A DNA stretch of 63,981 bases, filler included, from an uncultured bacterium (GTDB lineage Bacteria; Hinthialibacterota; Hinthialibacteria; Hinthialibacterales; Hinthialibacteraceae): assembly GCA_964449065.1 (NCBI GenBank). It is 3 parts of 3 records of this genome, joined end to end, with 100 filler letters (N's around TTAATTAATTAA, not from the genome) between each part and the next. Parts side by side here need not be neighbours in the genome. Positions count along the whole stretch, not along the records: positions 49,164 to 63,981 come from CAYVAZ010000109.1; 2 more parts are not named here. One strand, given 5' to 3'. The notes under the pieces were generated by a model, which saw only the letters and a list, made by a program, of their open reading frames with translations, was not told the origin of the DNA and ran no database searches. Position numbers and translations under genes: made by a program. Below, piece after piece: positions 60,089-63,981 of this stretch. Positions within the stretch are counted from its first letter, which is position 1; every line of letters begins with the position of its first letter.

Positions 60089-61312
60089 ATGAACTCCGAA
60101 TCGACCATTCTGATTCGTGATGCTGTCCATTTTAACACGGCATTAAGCAAACAAGGTATATTAGAACGCTTATTCAGCTTTTGGTTCGATAACTTCGTCT
60201 ACAACCAAATTTGGGAAGACCCCGTCGTCGACATGGAAGCGCTCGAACTCAACGAAAACAGCAAAATGCTGACCATCGCGTCTGGCGGCTGCAACATCTT
60301 AAATTACCTCACCGCAAACCCCGCCATCATCAACGCGGTTGATCTCAACAAAAACCACCTGCATCTCACCAAGCTGAAACTCACGGCCATGAAACATCTG
60401 CCGTCTTATGAAGACTTCTTGGATTTCTTCGGCTATGCCAATAAAGAAAGCAATGGCGATCTCTACCAACAATACATCCGCCCCCATTTGGATGAGGAAG
60501 CCATTCGCATCTGGGAACGCGGCGGCTTCTATACCACCCCCCGCATTGAGTACTTCAAACGCAATCTCTACAACTACGGTATGATGGGCTACTTCATTCG
60601 ATTTGTCCATTGGATGGCCAGCAAATTCAACCTATCCCCAGAGCAATTGCTGCATGAAAAAGACGAAGAAAAACGCAAGAAACTTTTTGATCAACTCTAC
60701 AAACCCTTCTTCGATCATTGGGTGATACGCGCCATTGGCAAGTTCCCGTTTTTGTTCTATTGCTTAGGGATTCCCCCGCGTCAGTTCAACGCCATGCGCG
60801 AAGAATGCAACGGCAAGATGAACCGGCTCTATTTCGAGCGCATCAAACGTCTTGCATGTCAATTCCCGGTTGACGAAAATTACTTCGCCTGGCAGGCATT
60901 TAGCCGGCACTATAACTGCGAAAACCAAAACGCTCTGCCGGATTACCTGAAACGAGAAAACTTTGAATTGATTCGCAATCAGTTGGATAAAGTTACCCTG
61001 AATCTGGTATCAACCGGACAGTTTCTAAAAGAACAGCCGGAAAACACACTAAACAGCTTTGTCTTTTTGGATTCACAAGACTGGATGGACGCCGAAGCCA
61101 TCACCGATTTATGGACCGAAATCGCCAGGGTAGGCGAACCGGGCAGCCGCGTCATCTTCCGCACCGCCTCATGGGAATCGCCCATCGAATCGGCTTTACC
61201 GCAAGAACTCCGGCAGCGTTTCACGTATGAAGAAGAAAAATCCAAGGCGTGGTTCCAACGCGACCGCTCTGCCATCTACGGAGGCTTTCACCTCTACATC
61301 TTCAACGGCTAA
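60089..61312 (+). CDS. btaA: SAM:diacylglycerol 3-amino-3-carboxypropyltransferase (DUF3419)
   Basis: VYNQIWEDPVVDMEAL, IASGGCN, NYFAWQAF, LDSQDWM, DRSAIYGGFHLY. Confidence 0.93.
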   Translation: MNSESTILIRDAVHFNTALSKQGILERLFSFWFDNFVYNQIWEDPVVDMEALELNENSKMLTIASGGCNILNYLTANPAIINAVDLNKNHLHLTKLKLTAMKHLPSYEDFLDFFGYANKESNGDLYQQYIRPHLDEEAIRIWERGGFYTTPRIEYFKRNLYNYGMMGYFIRFVHWMASKFNLSPEQLLHEKDEEKRKKLFDQLYKPFFDHWVIRAIGKFPFLFYCLGIPPRQFNAMREECNGKMNRLYFERIKRLACQFPVDENYFAWQAFSRHYNCENQNALPDYLKRENFELIRNQLDKVTLNLVSTGQFLKEQPENTLNSFVFLDSQDWMDAEAITDLWTEIARVGEPGSRVIFRTASWESPIESALPQELRQRFTYEEEKSKAWFQRDRSAIYGGFHLYIFNG

Positions 61313-61327
61313 TGTATGGAAGCATAA

Positions 61328-61353
61328 TGGGAGGGCGAGGCTCCCGCCGGGCC
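61328..61353 (+). repeat. REP-like repeat family B
   Basis: TGGGAGGGCGAGGCTCCCGCCGGGCC between btaA and btaB. Confidence 0.8.
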
Positions 61354-61449
61354 AGAAGCACGCTACATATATAAAAAATGAACGATGTAATCAACACGAT
61401 TCCACTAAAATAGGACAAGTTTTTTCGCTTGCATTAGCGGTTCAATAAA

Positions 61450-62130
61450 ATGACACAACCCAACAATCCCACAAACCAATCCGGCGATCACGTTCAACTC
61501 ATGGACAGCATGTACCGCATGCAGCGCTATTTCTATGACGCCTCCCGCAAGTTTTACCTCTTCGGCAGAGACCTTTTGATTAAAGAACTCCCTGTCAAAG
61601 AGGGCGATGATGTTTTGGAAGTCGGCTGCGGCACCGGACGCAACCTCATCATGCTGGCCAAACGCCACCCCAACGCCACATTCTGGGGAGTAGACGCCTC
61701 CAACGAAATGCTGAAAACCGCTTTCTCGAAAATACACAGCAAAGGGCTGGAACAAAAAATCGAACTTCGACACGGTTTGGCGGAAAACCTGCATCACAAA
61801 GAAATGTTCGGCAATGAAGACCCCTTCGATGTTATTTTCTTCTCTTACTCACTCTCCATGATTCCCGGATGGACGGAATCGGTCGATATCGCGTTCGAAC
61901 AACTCAAACCCGGCGGCTGGCTATATCTGGTCGATTTCTGGAACCAGGAAAAACTCCCCGGATGGTTCCAAACTCTCCTTAAAACCTGGCTCAGCCTCTT
62001 CCATGTCAAGCACGACCCCAAAATGATCCCCTACTTGGAAGAAACCGCACAAAAAAACAACACCGAACTCCACCTTCAATCCATCATGGGCCAATACGCC
62101 TTTCTCGCCTCCATGCAAAAGCCGAAATAA
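61450..62130 (+). CDS. btaB: SAM:diacylglycerylhomoserine N-methyltransferase
   Basis: MDSMYRMQRYFYDASRKFYLFGRD, EVGCGTGRNL, FSYSLSMIP, WLSLFHV. Confidence 0.92.
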   Translation: MTQPNNPTNQSGDHVQLMDSMYRMQRYFYDASRKFYLFGRDLLIKELPVKEGDDVLEVGCGTGRNLIMLAKRHPNATFWGVDASNEMLKTAFSKIHSKGLEQKIELRHGLAENLHHKEMFGNEDPFDVIFFSYSLSMIPGWTESVDIAFEQLKPGGWLYLVDFWNQEKLPGWFQTLLKTWLSLFHVKHDPKMIPYLEETAQKNNTELHLQSIMGQYAFLASMQKPK

Positions 62131-62229
62131 TTTTTCCAGTTTTATGAAATATTTTGCGATATAGACTATATTTATCTATAACAGCACAATGAAATTCTAT
62201 TGTATTTTCATCCCGAAAGGTGTACCGCT

Positions 62230-63750
62230 GTGTCTGATGAAAAGCAACCCAACAAAATAAATAGAGCCCAATATTTAGGGATACTCTTTCATATCATCAT
62301 AATCGTATCGGCTTTATACGCCGTCTATGCCGAGTTCAAAAAACGCGTTAAAACCAGCTTGCCTGATATCACGTTAGAAGATATTCATTTCCAAAATGGA
62401 GATACGATCGATCCTGTGTCCGGCATAGATGAATTTGCCACAAATTTTCAAGTCATTCCCAATTCAAACAAGGTAATTTTGGAACATCGAATTATTCCAC
62501 CTTTTGATACAAATCCTTCAAAATTAATGGCCTGGTACCGTGCCGATACAAAAGTAATCCGCTATGAAATACTGAATATCAAAACAGGGCAGATAGAATG
62601 GCATATCGATTTGCATGAAATCGGTGAATTTCTCAAATTAGGATATGAATACTATGATTATCAAACCGCGTTTATAGAAAACCGTAGCACCTACTTGCTT
62701 GTTAAATATTCCACAAAACAAATGCTGCCCGTTTTCCCTTGGCTCCCCTCCTTTCTGAAAATGGAAAAAGACGGTGCCGATTATTGGCTGGTGAGAGATG
62801 ATGGGAAGTTATTTAAATTGAGAGAAAATGAGAAGTATAGCGGACTTAAAAATTTTTACGGCAACCGCTTTTTAGAAAGTCATAGCCAAAAATCTTCAGA
62901 AGGACAACAGTTGGTGGAATATGAGATCAACAACCACAAAGATTCCAAACGGCATAGTTGGAAACCCAGTTTCTACCCTGTAAGGTATTACCGCATTGCG
63001 GATGGTGTAGCAGCCAATATGCAAATGGAATCAGATTTTTGGCTATTTGTGAACCGGGACAGCAAAACCTTCATCCGCCGGTTTCCCCGTAAAGATTTCA
63101 TTGAATTTGCTGAGCATTACTATACCACTACAGAGGAGATACATGAAAAATATCAGTTCACTTACAACCGCAACCGAAACGCTTTACAGCCCAAACACAT
63201 ATTGAAATTAAAACGTACAAATGATGAGACAAATGAAAATATACAGAAAAGACGCAACCATAGGGCTAAAATGCTTATGTTTGTTGATTTTATCCCTCTC
63301 ACCCCTCCGCAAAAAAAACCCGTGTACGTTTTGCTGAACCTCCCCAATAATCCTATATTTAGCCTCAATACCCACCAACTCAGAACTGGCACCTTATTCG
63401 ATATCTTTGAATTTATAGGAGACTGCAATGTACACAGACCGTTTACGGTCGTGAACGATGGCAAAACCGTTCTGTTTCATTTTAAAAATAGATATAGTAC
63501 CAGCAATCAAGATTTACCTATGATAAAACAACCGGTATCATTCTACTCGCATTATTATGCCGCGGATATTGAAGATGGTTCATTCGCCAATTGGCGCAAA
63601 ATTGAAGTAACAAATCCCACGCTGTTTTCGTTCAAACAAATGTCAACGATTCAAACCAAAGACGGCTATTTCGCATACCTATCCGGCAAACAAATCTGGA
63701 AAATGAAATGGGATGGCACCGAACCCGAATTAATCTACCAATTCCAATAG
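62230..63750 (+). CDS. Hypothetical membrane-anchored protein
   Basis: About 500-aa low-GC ORF with N-terminal TM; start uncertain (62200 or 62230). Confidence 0.7.
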   Translation: MSDEKQPNKINRAQYLGILFHIIIIVSALYAVYAEFKKRVKTSLPDITLEDIHFQNGDTIDPVSGIDEFATNFQVIPNSNKVILEHRIIPPFDTNPSKLMAWYRADTKVIRYEILNIKTGQIEWHIDLHEIGEFLKLGYEYYDYQTAFIENRSTYLLVKYSTKQMLPVFPWLPSFLKMEKDGADYWLVRDDGKLFKLRENEKYSGLKNFYGNRFLESHSQKSSEGQQLVEYEINNHKDSKRHSWKPSFYPVRYYRIADGVAANMQMESDFWLFVNRDSKTFIRRFPRKDFIEFAEHYYTTTEEIHEKYQFTYNRNRNALQPKHILKLKRTNDETNENIQKRRNHRAKMLMFVDFIPLTPPQKKPVYVLLNLPNNPIFSLNTHQLRTGTLFDIFEFIGDCNVHRPFTVVNDGKTVLFHFKNRYSTSNQDLPMIKQPVSFYSHYYAADIEDGSFANWRKIEVTNPTLFSFKQMSTIQTKDGYFAYLSGKQIWKMKWDGTEPELIYQFQ

Positions 63751-63954
63751 CCATTTCAGATTAAACGTCATCCTGTATTTCTCCATTTCTTTAACCTCTA
63801 AACTTGATCTTTCGCTGCATCGATCGCCCTCAAGGTTTACCAACTATTATCAGTGTGTTGCCCTGTGTTATGTCAGAGTGCCCATTTGGGGCGTTTTCGT
63901 TATTTATAGCGGTGTTGCCAACAATACGTTCGGATTGGAATGAAGCGTACTTCC

Positions 63955-63980
63955 GGCTCGGCGGGAGCCTCGCCCTCCCA
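63955..63980 (-). repeat. REP-like repeat family B
   Basis: Reverse complement GGCTCGGCGGGAGCCTCGCCCTCCCA. Confidence 0.8.
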
Positions 63981-63981
63981 A

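Noticed and set aside
206..63464. Many antisense or nested ORFs from the six-frame track (e.g. 206..856, 12073..12816, 30519..31142)
   Set aside because: Shadow frames of well-supported genes with no motifs of their own

Overview
This is a bacterial draft-genome or MAG window made of at least three contigs joined by artificial N-TTAATTAATTAA-N linkers (24501-24600, 49064-49163), with one further 100-N scaffold gap (1114-1213). Housekeeping and envelope genes include an ECF sigma with a DUF4349 anti-sigma-like partner, bcp, glcF-like, a REC-PP2C phosphatase, a TPR protein, a C25 protease, argC, rbsB-rbsK, pfkB, several glycosyltransferases, larB, cpoB-like, rsbW-like, rfbA, radA-PIN/TRAM, btaA-btaB and two tRNAs. 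Highlights: (1) a decayed integron, with Pc, attI, an intI 5' remnant, a TA cassette with a matching attC and an FRG cassette, next to tRNA-Ile2; (2) a SAM-I riboswitch with an enlarged P4 controlling tusA-thrC-like-moaD-moeB, a probable sulfur-carrier route to homocysteine; (3) an unnamed 'QAYxYYMRVYGDxF...ALEEYW' module shared by the anti-sigma protein and a GspC/PilP-like protein in a secretion-related cluster; (4) many orphan antitoxins and frameshifted toxins; (5) an IS4-like MITE family, REP-like repeats and a structured IS110-like end interrupting a sulfatase; (6) a probably inactive GH2 homolog and a PHP-btaAB lipid-remodelling operon. All family calls come from motif recognition by eye, not database searches.
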